Assembly: GCA_050181585.1 (NCBI GenBank)
Contig: JBFXDA010000013.1
Coordinates: 21,409-85,408 of the forward strand
Direction of reading: 5' to 3'
Length of the DNA: 64,000 nt
Source: Reyranellaceae bacterium
GTDB lineage: Bacteria; Pseudomonadota; Alphaproteobacteria; Reyranellales; JAQSWP01
Of this stretch, positions 33,722 to 42,808 are shown in pieces. Position numbers and translations under genes: made by a program. Below the pieces are notes generated by a model that worked only from the letters and a program-made list of their open reading frames with translations, had not been told where the DNA came from and searched no databases. Positions within the stretch are counted from its first letter, which is position 1, and every line of letters starts with the position of its first letter.

Positions 33722-34090
33722 TCAGCGCGGCGGCAAGGCGGGGCCGGAGGCGGCGGGCGGCGGCAGCGACGACGGCAGCGAGGGCGGGAGCGAGGCCGGC
33801 AGCGAGGGCGGGGCGGCCTTCAGCTCGGCGACCTGGCGGCGCAGGCTTTCGTTGCTGCGCGTCTGCTGGCGGGCCGTGGCGCGATAGCGGTGCCCGCCCA
33901 GCCAGACGATGGTGCCGCCCAGCACCAGCCCGACGAACAGCACCAGCAGCATCACCATGAACAGCGGCAGGCTGGCTTCCCAGGGCAGCGGCCAGAGCGA
34001 GACCACGACTTTTTCCCGATTGGCGACCGCGAACACCGCCCCGATCAGCGCCAGCGGCACCCATATCAGTCTTGCCAACCATTTCCGCAT
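33722..34090 (-). CDS. lapA: LapA-domain (DUF1049) membrane protein
   Basis: FAVANREKVVVSLWP, two TM segments, downstream of ihfB; ATG at 34090. Confidence 0.8.
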   Translation of the reverse strand: MRKWLARLIWVPLALIGAVFAVANREKVVVSLWPLPWEASLPLFMVMLLVLFVGLVLGGTIVWLGGHRYRATARQQTRSNESLRRQVAELKAAPPSLPASLPPSLPSSLPPPAASGPALPPR

Positions 34091-34322
34091 GCCGAACGCC
34101 CATTCTGTTGCCGCGCCGGCGCAACCAGGCGCGGCCTGCACACCGGATGTCGAAGATTAGCCGCCGTGCCGCACCGCGCACAGGCGCAAATTGGCAGAGG
34201 AGCCAATCATCTTCATTGCGGCCGCGCCAACGCCGCCGAAACAAATAAAGGCGTGAATTTGCTCCATTTTCGAAGACTAGCGCGGATTTGCGCGGCCGGG
34301 CTCGGCCCGGTCGCGCGCCACT

Positions 34323-34664
34323 CTATTCCTCTTCGTCCTCGCCCATGTATTCGGGGCCTTCGGACGGCACCGGCTTGCCTTCGCCGCGGTGGTTCAGACG
34401 GTCGCGCAAGTCCTTGCCGGTCTTGAAATAGGGCACGTACTTGGCCGCCACCGCCACGGTGGTGCCGGTGCGCGGGTTGCGGCCGACGCGGGCGTCGCGC
34501 TTCTTGACCGAAAAAGCGCCGAACCCGCGCAGCTCGACCCGATCGCCGCGCGACAGCGCGGTGGCGATCTCGTCGAAGATCGTCTGTACGATGCGTTCGA
34601 CGTCGCGCTGGTAGAGATGAGGATTCATCTCGGCCAGCTTGAGAATGAGTTCGGACTTGGTCAT
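34323..34664 (-). CDS. ihfB: Integration host factor beta subunit
   Basis: [41 protein letters not shown]. Confidence 0.96.
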   Translation of the reverse strand: MTKSELILKLAEMNPHLYQRDVERIVQTIFDEIATALSRGDRVELRGFGAFSVKKRDARVGRNPRTGTTVAVAAKYVPYFKTGKDLRDRLNHRGEGKPVPSEGPEYMGEDEEE

Positions 34665-34845
34665 GGCCCCAGACCCGCTGATGTTTGCGCCCGGCCTGTG
34701 AGCAAAGCGCAATTGCCAAAGCCTGCCAAAGGCTTAGCCAGCCGTCAAGGATAAGTGCCTTGAATCTTCTGGGTTTTTCCCCGGTGTGCCGGAAATGTCC
34801 CAGATTTAGCGGTTTCCGGCCGGCACGCCGCCAAGGGGCAGTGGC

Positions 34846-34881
34846 AAAAAAACGGCCCCGGAAGCCCGGGGCCGTCTCTTT
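34846..34881 (-). terminator. Intrinsic terminator after rpsA
   Basis: acggccccgg-aagc-ccggggccgt hairpin with T-tract on the minus strand. Confidence 0.8.
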
Positions 34882-34914
34882 TCGGTAACCGGCGGGGGAA
34901 CGCCCCGGGCCGGC

Positions 34915-36630
34915 CTACTTCTTCTCCTGCTGGGCCCGGTTCATCGCCGCGCCCAGGATGTCGCCCAGCGAGGCGCCCGAATCGGACGAGCCGAACTCGG
35001 CCATGGCCTGCTTCTCCTCGTCGATCTCGCGCGCCTTGACCGACAGCACGACGCGGCGGGTGGCCTTGTCGATGTTGGTGATCTTGGCGTCGAGCTTGTC
35101 GCCCACGGCATAGCGCTCGGGGCGCTGCTCGGAGCGGTCGCGCGAGAGCTCCGACTTGCGGATGAAGCCCGGCAGGCCGTCGCCCAGGGTGACGTCGATG
35201 CCGTTCTCGTGGATCGAGGAGACCGTGCAGGTCACCACGTCGCCCTTCTTGATGGTCTCGTTGACGCGCTCGAACGGATCGTTGCTGAGCTGCTTGATGC
35301 CCAGCGAGATGCGCTCCTTGTCGACGTCCACGTCCAGCACCTTGACCTTGACGGTGTCGCCCTTGCGGTATTTCTGGATGGCGACCTCGCCCGCCTCGTC
35401 CCAGGACAGGTCGGACAGGTGCACCATGCCGTCGATGTCGCCGGGCAGGCCGACGAACAGGCCGAACTCGGTGATGTTCTTGATCTCGCCTTCCAGCTCG
35501 GAGCCCGGGCCGTACTTGGCGGCGAAGCTGTCCCACGGATTGTCCATGCACTGCTTCAGGCCCAGCGAGATGCGCCGCTTGGTCATGTCGACGTCGAGCA
35601 CCATCACTTCGACCTCCTGCGAGGTCGAGACGATCTTGCCCGGATGGACGTTCTTCTTGGTCCAGCTCATCTCCGAGACGTGCACCAGGCCTTCGACCCC
35701 CGGCTCCAGTTCGACGAAGGCGCCGTAGTCGGTGATGTTGGTGACGCGGCCCTTGAGCCGGACGCCGACCGGGTACTTGGCTTCCGCGCCCTCCCACGGA
35801 TCGGACAGGAGCTGCTTCATGCCCAGCGAGATGCGCTGCGTCTCGGGGTTGAAGCGGATCACCTGCACCTTGACGTGCTGGCCGATGCTGAGCGCCTCGG
35901 ACGGATGGTTGATGCGCTTCCAGGCGATGTCGGTGACGTGCAGCAGCCCGTCCACGCCGCCCAGATCGACGAAGGCGCCGTAGTCGGTGATGTTCTTGAC
36001 CACGCCTTCCAGCACCTGGCCTTCCTGCAGGTTGGCCACCAGTTCGGAACGCGCCTCGGCCCGGCTCTCCTCGAGCACGGCGCGGCGGGAGACCACGATG
36101 TTGCCGCGGCGGCGGTCCATCTTCAGGATCTGGAATGGCTGCGGGCTGCCCATCAGCGGGCCGACGTCGCGCACCGGGCGCACGTCCACCTGGCTGCCCG
36201 GCAGGAACGCCACCGCGCCCGACAGGTCGACGGTGAAGCCGCCCTTGACGCGGCCGAAGATCACGCCGGTGACGCGCTCGTTGTTGTTGAACGCCTTCTC
36301 GAGCTGGGTCCAGGCCTCCTCGCGGCGCGCCTTCTCGCGCGACAGCATGGCCTCGCCGTTGCGGTCTTCCATGCGCTCGACGAACACCTCGACGGTGTCG
36401 CCGACATTGATGTTGGCGGCCTGGCCGCCATTGGCGAATTCCTTGAGGGGGATGCGGCCTTCGGATTTCAGGCCGACATCGACGATGACGAAATCGTTGG
36501 CGAGGCCGACCACGCGGCCCTGCACCACCGCGCCCTCGAAACCCTGGGACTGGCCCAGGCTCTCGTCGAGCATCGCGGCAAAATCTTCCATCGGCGGAGC
36601 GGAGTCCGCCTTCATTGCAGTACGAGCCAT
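34915..36630 (-). CDS. rpsA: 30S ribosomal protein S1
   Basis: Six S1 repeats, VDVGLKSEGRIP, DYGAFVDLGGVDGLLH. Confidence 0.98.
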   Translation of the reverse strand: MARTAMKADSAPPMEDFAAMLDESLGQSQGFEGAVVQGRVVGLANDFVIVDVGLKSEGRIPLKEFANGGQAANINVGDTVEVFVERMEDRNGEAMLSREKARREEAWTQLEKAFNNNERVTGVIFGRVKGGFTVDLSGAVAFLPGSQVDVRPVRDVGPLMGSPQPFQILKMDRRRGNIVVSRRAVLEESRAEARSELVANLQEGQVLEGVVKNITDYGAFVDLGGVDGLLHVTDIAWKRINHPSEALSIGQHVKVQVIRFNPETQRISLGMKQLLSDPWEGAEAKYPVGVRLKGRVTNITDYGAFVELEPGVEGLVHVSEMSWTKKNVHPGKIVSTSQEVEVMVLDVDMTKRRISLGLKQCMDNPWDSFAAKYGPGSELEGEIKNITEFGLFVGLPGDIDGMVHLSDLSWDEAGEVAIQKYRKGDTVKVKVLDVDVDKERISLGIKQLSNDPFERVNETIKKGDVVTCTVSSIHENGIDVTLGDGLPGFIRKSELSRDRSEQRPERYAVGDKLDAKITNIDKATRRVVLSVKAREIDEEKQAMAEFGSSDSGASLGDILGAAMNRAQQEKK

Positions 36631-36792
36631 TCTATCTCCTTTGCGACGATCCCACGGGCCTCTCTGCCCGTCCGGCCAACCGGTTGTCCCGGCGGATCCT
36701 GCGCCGTGTTCCCTGGCAGCGGGCGGATTGGGATTTGCCCGATGCAGCCATCCTTACGAAGGTAGTCGACCTGCCGGCGAGGGCCGATGGCT

Positions 36793-37440
36793 TCAGGAGC
36801 CCGCGCCGGCGCGCCTGGTTTCGATATGCCGCACGACGCGTTCGAACACCTGGTCGGCGTCGAGCGCCGTGGTGTCGAGCTGGAAAGCGTCGGCCGCCGG
36901 CGCCAGAGGAGCCGCGGACCGGGCGCTATCGCGCGCGTCGCGTTCGCGCATATCGGCCAGAACGCGCGCCTTTATAGTGTCGGCCCCGGCCGCCCGCAAC
37001 TCCTTGAATCGCCGCTCCGCCCGCGCCTCCGGGCTGGCGGTCAGGAAGATTTTCACATCGGCATCGGGGCAAATGACCGTGCCGATATCGCGCCCGTCGA
37101 GAATGCTGCCGGCCGCCCCGCCGGGCGGGTTGCGGGCGAATCGTCGTTGGAAATCAACCAGATGCTGCCTGACTTCGGCAATGGCGGCGACTTGCGAGGC
37201 CATCGCCCCCACCGCCTCCTCGCGCAGGCCGGGCTGCTCCAGCGCGGCCGGCTGCAGCGCCTTGGCCGCCGCGATCGCCCGTTCCCGCTCCGGCTCCTGC
37301 GGCGCGCCGCGCAGCACCGCCGCCGCCACGGCGCGGTAGATCAGCCCGGTATCGAGCAGCGCCAGCCGGTAATGCGCCGCCAGCCGCCGCGCCAGGGTGC
37401 CCTTGCCGGCCGCCGACGGTCCATCCAGCGCGATGATCAT
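36793..37440 (-). CDS. cmk: Cytidylate kinase
   Basis: [39 protein letters not shown]. Confidence 0.96.
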   Translation of the reverse strand: MIIALDGPSAAGKGTLARRLAAHYRLALLDTGLIYRAVAAAVLRGAPQEPERERAIAAAKALQPAALEQPGLREEAVGAMASQVAAIAEVRQHLVDFQRRFARNPPGGAAGSILDGRDIGTVICPDADVKIFLTASPEARAERRFKELRAAGADTIKARVLADMRERDARDSARSAAPLAPAADAFQLDTTALDADQVFERVVRHIETRRAGAGS

Positions 37441-38768
37441 GCCCTGGCCGGCGCGATCTTGGCGCCCAGCCCGTTCATCAGGGCGACGAAGCCGGGGAAG
37501 GAGGTGTCGACCATCTCGATGTCGTCGACCGTCACCCTCTCGCGCGCCGCCATGCCCAGCACCAGGAAGGACATGGCGATGCGGTGATCCAGATGCGTCC
37601 GCACCGTGCCGCCGCCCGGCACCGCGCCGCCCGAACCGTGCACGGTGAGGCTGTCGGCACCGACCTCGACCTTGACGCCGTTGGCGGCGAGCCCGGCGGC
37701 GATGGCGGCCAGCCGGTCGCTCTCCTTCACTTTCAGCTCCGCCAACCCGCGCATGATGGTGGTGCCCTCGGCGCAGGCGGCAGCCACCGCCAGGACGGGA
37801 TATTCGTCGATCATGCTGGGGGCGCGCTCGGCCGGCACCTCGATGCCCTTCAGCCGGGCGCCGCCCTTGATCGCCAGGTCGGCCACCTTCTCGCCGCCCA
37901 CCAGCCGCTGGTTGCGCCACTCGATGGCGGCGCCCATCTCGCGCAGGCTGGCATAGAGCCCGGTGCGCAACGGGTTGACGCCGACATGCTCGACCAGCAA
38001 TTCGCCGCCGCCGGCAATGCAGGCGGCGACCACGGGAAACGCCGCCGAGGAGGGATCGCCCGGCACCTCGATGTCGCGCGCCACGAGGTCGGGCTGGCCG
38101 ACGATGGTGACGGCGATGCCCTGGTCGGTCTCTTCCCGCCGCAGCGTGGCGCCGAAATGCGCCAGCATGATCTCGGAGTGATCGCGCGTCGCCTCGCGCT
38201 CGACCACGGTGGTCTCGCCCATGGTGTTGACGCCGGCTAGCAGCACGGCCGACTTCACCTGCGCCGAGGGCACCGGCGTGACGTAGCGGATCGGCACCGG
38301 CGTGGCGGTGCCGATCACCGCCATCGGCAGGCGGCCGCCGGAGCGGGTGAGGAACTGGGCGCCGAACTGCGCCAGCGGCTCGCTGACGCGGCGCATCGGG
38401 CGGCGGCGCAGCGAGGCGTCGCCGGTGACGAAGGAGACGAAGCCCGAGGTCGCTAGCAGACCGGACAGCAGGCGGGCCGAGGTGCCGGAATTGCCCAGGT
38501 CGATGACGTCGGCCGGTTCGCCCAGCCCGCCGACGCCGACGCCCTGGATGCGCCAGATACCGTCCTCGCCGCGCTCCACCGCGGCGCCGAGCAGGCGCAT
38601 GGCGGCGGCGGTGCGCAGCACGTCCTCGCCCTCCAGCAGGCCGCTGACCCGGGTTTCGCCCACCGCCAGCGCCCCCAGCATCAGGGCGCGGTGGGAGATC
38701 GACTTGTCGCCGGGTGGGCGCACCCGGCCTTCGAGCCGGCCGGCCTGGCTGGAATGGAAGGGTTTCAG
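37437..38768 (-). CDS. aroA: 3-phosphoshikimate 1-carboxyvinyltransferase (start uncertain, possibly CTG)
   Basis: [52 protein letters not shown]. Confidence 0.95.
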   Translation of the reverse strand: MKPFHSSQAGRLEGRVRPPGDKSISHRALMLGALAVGETRVSGLLEGEDVLRTAAAMRLLGAAVERGEDGIWRIQGVGVGGLGEPADVIDLGNSGTSARLLSGLLATSGFVSFVTGDASLRRRPMRRVSEPLAQFGAQFLTRSGGRLPMAVIGTATPVPIRYVTPVPSAQVKSAVLLAGVNTMGETTVVEREATRDHSEIMLAHFGATLRREETDQGIAVTIVGQPDLVARDIEVPGDPSSAAFPVVAACIAGGGELLVEHVGVNPLRTGLYASLREMGAAIEWRNQRLVGGEKVADLAIKGGARLKGIEVPAERAPSMIDEYPVLAVAAACAEGTTIMRGLAELKVKESDRLAAIAAGLAANGVKVEVGADSLTVHGSGGAVPGGGTVRTHLDHRIAMSFLVLGMAARERVTVDDIEMVDTSFPGFVALMNGLGAKIAPARA

Positions 38769-38964
38769 CGTCGTTCCCCGCTGGTGGATGGCGTGGCGCG
38801 CCCGAGGCGCGGTCGGCGGTTGTCTAGCACAGAGCGGCGAGTGCGAACCAGCCGCGACAGGCCCGATTTCCCCGCCCGCCAGGGCGGAAAATTTGCTTTT
38901 GACAGGGGGGTGCAGGCGTGGCAAACGGGCCCCCGCTTTACTGGAATTTGTCAGGAGGCTCGAT

Positions 38965-39312
38965 TTGTCGAAGCCGGAATGGGGCGTCAAGCGCACCTGC
39001 CAGAGCTGCGCGGCGCGTTTCTACGATCTGAAGCGCACGCCCATCGTCTGCCCCAAATGCGGGCACAAGCACGATGTCGAGGACTTCGTGAAGACCCGCC
39101 GCACCCGCGGCGCCGCCGCCAAGGCGCCGCCGCCGCCCAAGAAGGTGGTCGAAAAAGTGGTGCCGGCGGAGCTGGCGGAGGCGATCGAGGATGTCGCGCC
39201 CGACGACGAGGCGGACGAGGATATCATCGAGGATACGGCCGATCTGGGCGAGGACGGCGACGATATCCCCGACGTGATCGAGACCGATACCGACGAGGAG
39301 ACGCCCACTTAG
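38965..39312 (+). CDS. TIGR02300 (FYDLN_acid) family protein
   Basis: TTG start after AGGAGG; [26 protein letters not shown]; acidic tail. Confidence 0.9.
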   Translation: MSKPEWGVKRTCQSCAARFYDLKRTPIVCPKCGHKHDVEDFVKTRRTRGAAAKAPPPPKKVVEKVVPAELAEAIEDVAPDDEADEDIIEDTADLGEDGDDIPDVIETDTDEETPT

Positions 39313-39404
39313 GAAGAGCGGCGAAACCCCTTGCGCAAGCAGGGGGCAGCCCTTAACTTCCGCGCGTTCCGGCCCCAAACAGGGCTGGAACCCCAGAATT
39401 CGAC

Positions 39405-39480
<76 letters not shown>

Positions 39481-39488
39481 ATAAAATC

Positions 39489-39518
39489 AAGGGCTTAGCT
39501 GGAAACGGCTAAGCCCTT
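39489..39518 (+). terminator. Hairpin terminator after the tRNA; related hairpins follow the other two att copies
   Basis: aagggcttagc-tggaaacg-gctaagccctt. Confidence 0.75.
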
Positions 39519-39527
39519 TGGTTTATG

Positions 39528-39547
39528 GGGTAAGCACCGGGTAAGCA
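39528..39547 (+). repeat. GGGTAAGCA x2 (11-bp period), putative integrase arm-type sites at the left island end
   Basis: The same 9-mer occurs at 50595, 50606 and 50713 near the right end. Confidence 0.75.
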
Positions 39548-39573
39548 TGGGTCGCGATATCCACCCTCGGCAC

Positions 39574-40761
39574 TCAATCTAGTCCGGCCCGTACGAGCTT
39601 CGCCTGCTTCGGATCGTACACATACCCCGCGATGGTCCCGTCCTTGATCCGCTCGACGGCTTCATCGATCACGAACAGCGGCACCAGAAACCATTCGCGC
39701 GGCGCCACCGGCTGGCCGAACCGGTCCGTAATCTCGATCTCGAGCCGCGCCGGGTCGAAGATACGGTGGATAAGGTTTTCGAGCCTGATCCGATTGATAT
39801 TGGACAGCCTGTAGGTGGCAATGATCTCCACGTCAGCCAGCAGGAAGGTCGGATCGAGCCTGGCATTGGCGATCCGCGCCTCTACCTTTCCGCCGGTGAC
39901 GCCGATCTTGTGCAGCAGGTTCCGGTGCTGCGCCACCACCGGGTTGTCGGCCTTGCTGCGCAGGACATAGATCGTTCCGCTGGGAAGGTCGCCGTCTTCG
40001 GCCTCGCCAGCGAACAGCGGCCCCGCGACGGGATCGGTAATCCGTCGCCCTGCCCCGTCACGGTGAAGCGCGCGCTGTAGCGAGCGCAGCAACACGTCGC
40101 TTTCGGTCCCATTGTCGTAGATGACGCGCAGCCGGCTGTCGCGGCGTTCGTACTCCGTCATGAACTCCTCGCCGAGTTCGGCGACATAGGCGATCTGGCC
40201 GCCGACGATGAAAAATTCGCCCATCTTGATCTCGGCCATGGTCTGGAAGGGCCGCGTCTGGCGTATGCCGGCGTCGAGGTCTTTTCTGGCCTGGGCGAAC
40301 AGCGGCTCGAACGTCTCGAAGTCCTTGCAGGGGGTGCGGTTGGCGATTTCCTCGGCCGCGCGCTTGTCTGCGGCGGTGCGGACATGGCGCAATTCCATGA
40401 TGTCGGGCGCACCTTCCACCCCTTCCAGCTCCGCGATCAATTCGTCGTCGTCCATTGTCTCGACGAGCGCTGCCGGAGCCGTCGCCGCACCGGCCAGGAG
40501 GCCTTGCCGGTCCAGCGGCCCAAGAAGCGAACGGCATTCCTCAAGCGCGCGCAGCCGGTCGAGCCGCACCGCATAGAGCCGCTCGAAGATGTCGCGGTCT
40601 TCGCCATGCAGCGGAGCGCGGCCGTGCATGTCGGCGAAGCGCTGGATTTCCTCGAAGCCGGCAATGATGCGCTCCTCGCGCGCCGGGCGCCCGCCCTTCT
40701 TCTCGGGTGGGGCATAATCGGCGAGCGCCACCGCCAGTTGGTCAAGATCGGGGTCAGTCAT
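39574..40761 (-). CDS. GIY-YIG/T5orf172 (MUG113-like) nuclease-domain protein, YeeC-like
   Basis: GTIYVLRS..HKIGVT..VEARIANA..LENLIHRIF..PREWF. Confidence 0.85.
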   Translation of the reverse strand: MTDPDLDQLAVALADYAPPEKKGGRPAREERIIAGFEEIQRFADMHGRAPLHGEDRDIFERLYAVRLDRLRALEECRSLLGPLDRQGLLAGAATAPAALVETMDDDELIAELEGVEGAPDIMELRHVRTAADKRAAEEIANRTPCKDFETFEPLFAQARKDLDAGIRQTRPFQTMAEIKMGEFFIVGGQIAYVAELGEEFMTEYERRDSRLRVIYDNGTESDVLLRSLQRALHRDGAGRRITDPVAGPLFAGEAEDGDLPSGTIYVLRSKADNPVVAQHRNLLHKIGVTGGKVEARIANARLDPTFLLADVEIIATYRLSNINRIRLENLIHRIFDPARLEIEITDRFGQPVAPREWFLVPLFVIDEAVERIKDGTIAGYVYDPKQAKLVRAGLD

Positions 40762-42808
40762 AGCGCCCCTCTTTCCTGAACCGCATGAAGGCGGTCGCGC
40801 CTTCGGCCATGCGCCGCTCCCATGCGTCCTGCGCGTCGATGGACGGCAGCCGGCCGCGTTCCTTTTTGAACCGGGCGGCGCGGACGGCCAGTTCCCGCGC
40901 CTCGTCCGGCGTCAGGCTGGTGCGCTTGGCGGCAATCGCCGCCGCGACCTGTTTCAGGCTGCCCTCGCTCATGGCCTTGGCGAGGATGGCGTAGGCTTCG
41001 CCGAACGGATTGATCCGGTCGATCAGGTCGATGTCGAGTTCGCGCACGTCCATGGCGAATTTGCGCACGCCGTCGATCAGGGCGGTATTGGCGCCCGGCT
41101 CTTTGTCATCGCCAAGCGCGATCTGCTTTGCCCGTTGCGTGATGGTGAGGGCGGCAATGGCGTGCTGGCGCACGGCCTCCCGGTCTTCCTCGTCGAGTTC
41201 GGGATATTTGTCCTTGATGATCTTCCCCATCCGCGCCTGGGTCAGTTCCTCCGGGACCAGCTCCTCGTCGAACAGCCCGCGCTCGATGGCCGTCCTGTCC
41301 TGCACGAAGGCGGCGATCACCTCGTTCAGGTCCTCGGTGCAGATACGCGCCGCCTCTCTGCTCTTCGGCTCGGCAAGGCCCCTGATCTCGATGTGGAACT
41401 GCCCGGTCTGCGCATTGAAGCCGACATTGGGCTTGCCGGCATCGTAGCCGCCTTCGCCGTAGTCGAAGCCTTCGACCGCAATGCTCTGCGGATTTTTCGG
41501 GGTGAAGTTGAAGCGCGGCGCCAGCACCTGTTCCATCAGCAGGCTGGCGGCGATGGCTTTCAGCGTATCGTTGACGGCCTCGACGACGGCCTCCTCGCTG
41601 GCATCCGGCTCGGCGATCAGGTTTGTGAAGCGGGCGCGGGTCTTGCCCGGCGCATCGCGCGTCGCGCGGCCGATGATCTGCACGATCTCGGTGAGGCTGG
41701 ACCGATAGCCGACCGTCAGCGCGTGTTCGCACCAGATCCAGTCGAAGCCTTCCTTCGCCATGCCCAGCGCGATGATTATGTCCACATGGTCGCGGTTGGT
41801 CTTCTGCGCCGGGTCTTTCAGCGCGGCCGAAACCTTGTCGCGCCTGGCCGGATCGTCATCGACGAGATCGGCGATGCGCAGCACGCGGCCATCGGGCCGC
41901 TTGACCAGCTGGAAGCCGGTGGCGGGATCGGTCCCCTGCCAGTCGCCCAGGGCCTCGATGATGTGTTCCACCTCCCTGATCTTGTCCTTCGTGCTTTCGC
42001 GCGAATTGACGCTCGGGATGTGGACGATGGCTTTCTCTGCCGGGTTCAGGACGGCGAGGATGTCGTCGGCATAGGAGCCGGAATAGAAGAAATAGCCGAT
42101 GTCGAGCCGTTTGAGATGTTCGTAGCCGTTGAGCTGCTCATAGTAGGTGTAGGTGACGGTATCGAATTTCGCCTCATCGTGCGGCGCCAGCACCGGCACG
42201 GCGTCGCCCCGGAAATAGGAGCCGGTCATGGCGACGACATGCGCCCTGTCGCGGGCAATGAACGCGCCAAGATGCTGACCGAGCCTGCTGTCGGGATCGG
42301 CCGAAACGTGATGGAACTCGTCCACCGCGATCAGTCTTCCGTCGAACTTCTCGACGCCGAACCTCTCCACCGCGAAGCGGAACGTCGCATGGGTGCAGAC
42401 CAGCGCCTTGTCGCCGCTGTCGAGGAACGCGCCAACGGCATTGACCTTGCCGCCGTTGTCCGCGCCGGGCGCGTCGCACAGATTCCATTTCGGCTGGACC
42501 GTCCAGTCGGCCCAGAAGCCGTATCTGGCCAGCGGCTCGTCATGGAAGCTCGCGCCGATGGATTTTTCCGGCACCACGATGATCGCTTGCCGTACGCCCT
42601 GATTGGCCAGCTTGTCGAGGGCGATGAACATGAGCGCCCGGCTCTTGCCTGACGCCGGCGGCGACTTGATGAGAAGATATTGCTCGCCGCGCCGCTCGTA
42701 GGCGCGCTCCTGCATCGGCCGCATGCCGAGCGCATTGGCCCTGGTCGAGCTGCCGGTGCGGGCATAGGAAACCGAGACGGCGGGAACGGATTTGATGCTG
42801 TCGGTCAT
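40754..42808 (-). CDS. SF2 DEAD/DEAH-box helicase, YeeB-like
   Basis: SPPASGKS, VDEFHH, MTGSYFR, GMAKEGFD, QIIGRATR. Confidence 0.9.
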   Translation of the reverse strand: MTDSIKSVPAVSVSYARTGSSTRANALGMRPMQERAYERRGEQYLLIKSPPASGKSRALMFIALDKLANQGVRQAIIVVPEKSIGASFHDEPLARYGFWADWTVQPKWNLCDAPGADNGGKVNAVGAFLDSGDKALVCTHATFRFAVERFGVEKFDGRLIAVDEFHHVSADPDSRLGQHLGAFIARDRAHVVAMTGSYFRGDAVPVLAPHDEAKFDTVTYTYYEQLNGYEHLKRLDIGYFFYSGSYADDILAVLNPAEKAIVHIPSVNSRESTKDKIREVEHIIEALGDWQGTDPATGFQLVKRPDGRVLRIADLVDDDPARRDKVSAALKDPAQKTNRDHVDIIIALGMAKEGFDWIWCEHALTVGYRSSLTEIVQIIGRATRDAPGKTRARFTNLIAEPDASEEAVVEAVNDTLKAIAASLLMEQVLAPRFNFTPKNPQSIAVEGFDYGEGGYDAGKPNVGFNAQTGQFHIEIRGLAEPKSREAARICTEDLNEVIAAFVQDRTAIERGLFDEELVPEELTQARMGKIIKDKYPELDEEDREAVRQHAIAALTITQRAKQIALGDDKEPGANTALIDGVRKFAMDVRELDIDLIDRINPFGEAYAILAKAMSEGSLKQVAAAIAAKRTSLTPDEARELAVRAARFKKERGRLPSIDAQDAWERRMAEGATAFMRFRKEGRYD

